Shown here piece after piece: positions 62,414 to 64,000 of a stretch of DNA of 64,000 nucleotides. The stretch is taken from NCBI RefSeq assembly GCF_006345805.1, contig NC_043012.1:54436001-54500000 (forward strand), in the 5' to 3' direction. The notes below the pieces were generated by a model. The model was not told the origin of the DNA and made no database searches. It saw nothing but the letters and a program-made list of their open reading frames with translations. The first letter of the stretch is position 1. Every line of letters starts with the position of its first letter. The DNA is from Octopus sinensis (taxonomy: Eukaryota). A program made the position numbers and the translations under genes.

Positions 62414-64000
62414 TAATCACATCATTGTAATCTCAAAGTTAGAAGGTAAATGCATGACTAATTTTTATCAGTGTGAATAAATAAGCATTACATTTGATAG
62501 AAATTTGAATGTTAAAAGGGTTAAGACAGTAATAATGAATATAATACACATCCACTTTATACAAAGGATAAAACTGTGAGGATTTAGTTTAATGATTCTC
62601 AATGTTTTTGACTTTGGAATACAAATAAAAAAAATTACAGTACTGCTTGTATAACTATTTTCCAGTGTTCAGGAAGGATTTTCACCACTGATGTCTATCC
62701 AAGGAGAACACAATACATTGTAATGAACATGGGTTGTCATGTGTTTTATTAGTGTAACGATACATAATCTAACTTCCGTCATGGTTGGACCTTTGTCAGT
62801 ACAAATTAAACCAACCATGTCCTATGTGAGATCCTTTCTAAGAAGTCTTCTACTTTCTGCATTATGTCAACAGCCTTTGTGATTTGTTGAAAAACATTGT
62901 CACAAGGAGTTTGCTGTCGCTTGAGTTGAACCGGGCAGTGAAAACTGGCTGTGTGAATAACTCATGAACATTTAACTGCAATATTTATAGCTAAACATAA
63001 AGATATTTGGTGTTAGCAAATTGCAATGATCTGGTACCACTTAAAAAGTATCCAGTCCACACTGTGAAGTGTTTGGCATTTGGAAGGGCATCCAGCTGTA
63101 AAAACCATCAAAACTGACCCCACCTGTGCTGATGCCACGTAAAAAAACACTCAGTCTACTCTGCGGGGTGGTTGGTATTAGGCAGGACATCCTGCCATAA
63201 AAAATCCCTGCCAAAACAGACCCAGTAGCCTGGAGTAGTCTTCTACTTGGCTGGCTCCTGTCAAACTGTCCAACCCATGCCAGCATTTAATGATGATGAT
63301 GATGACGAGGAATATTAATAATTGCTGAATGGATGGAGAGGAAAACTGCTCTGAAAATATAAAAATTCACCTGTATTACATCATGAAATCTGTTCAAAAG
63401 TACACAAAGTCATCTGTGCACATCTCTGAGGTGATCTGTGGCATCAGTAGTCCATTGGCTGTCTGCATGGCAAAAGTGGAGGTGCATGAGTCAGTCATCC
63501 ACCTTCAGCACTCTGCAATTAATTGAATGCCAAAATCGGATTTTATAGGGGACAAGAAGTAAAATTTTAGAGCATCTAAGAAAGCCATATCCTACCATAG
63601 GCTCCTGCTGGTTGGTCAATTTATACACCAATCATGTGAAACCCTGTTGGTTCACTCATGGTGTCTGACCAAGTATCTATCAGTTAGGTTTTGAATCCTT
63701 GCTACAACGTCAGAAAAGAGAAATTCATCCTCCAGTCCTTTCCTACGCATGTACCAGACAAATATAAGCAACTCAAAAGGAAAACAGTAAATAGATTTGA
63801 CCTATTTACAAACTTGTAATCTCTTGTAGAGGCACAGCATGATGTAGGGCAGTTGAAGAACCTTAAATTACCTTTAGCCTATCATGCCTGTTTATTAAGG
63901 CGGGGCTGTTGAAAGTATTTTTACACTCGGAGCACTGTGAATTCTTTCTATATCACTGATTCCTTGAGGTATTTCATCCCTAACATGTTGACTATCCCTC

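Noticed and set aside
53768-64000. MGST3 exon 2 (expected YPxMY...FNCxQRAHQN)
   Set aside because: Not found by eye. It probably lies beyond the window.

Overview
AT-rich, intron-rich animal genomic DNA, most likely a coleoid cephalopod (Octopus). This is inferred from the SINE/RTE/Helitron repertoire and the microsatellite load. By manual splicing I find three protein-coding genes, only partly visible in the ORF track. (1) An ashwin/C2orf49-like gene on the minus strand: 3 exons visible, running off the left edge. (2) A complete 9-coding-exon stomatin-like protein 1 gene (STOML1/UNC-24; SPFH plus C-terminal SCP2; 425 aa; minus strand; 15858-43458; all GT-AG with matching phases). (3) The first coding exon of a microsomal glutathione S-transferase 3 (MGST3/MAPEG) gene on the plus strand, divergent from STOML1. 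The rest is a dense mosaic of dead or non-autonomous mobile DNA: tRNA-derived SINEs, 5'-truncated RTE and CR1-clade LINEs, non-autonomous Helitrons, hAT-, piggyBac- and Mutator-like MITEs, a mariner deletion derivative, a pogo/Passer-like relic, and micro/minisatellites. There is no CRISPR array, rRNA or true tRNA gene. The most interesting signals are: (a) short elements nested in (TA)n tracts that carry type-I hammerhead-ribozyme-like folds (Penelope/retrozyme-like candidates); (b) a Helitron copy carrying 35 bp of the 3' flank of another copy 18 kb away (donor-daughter 3' transduction); (c) a composite insertion templated from two nearby loci, which places inverted repeats around STOML1 exon 3. 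No alignments or folding programs were run; all calls are from reading the sequence.
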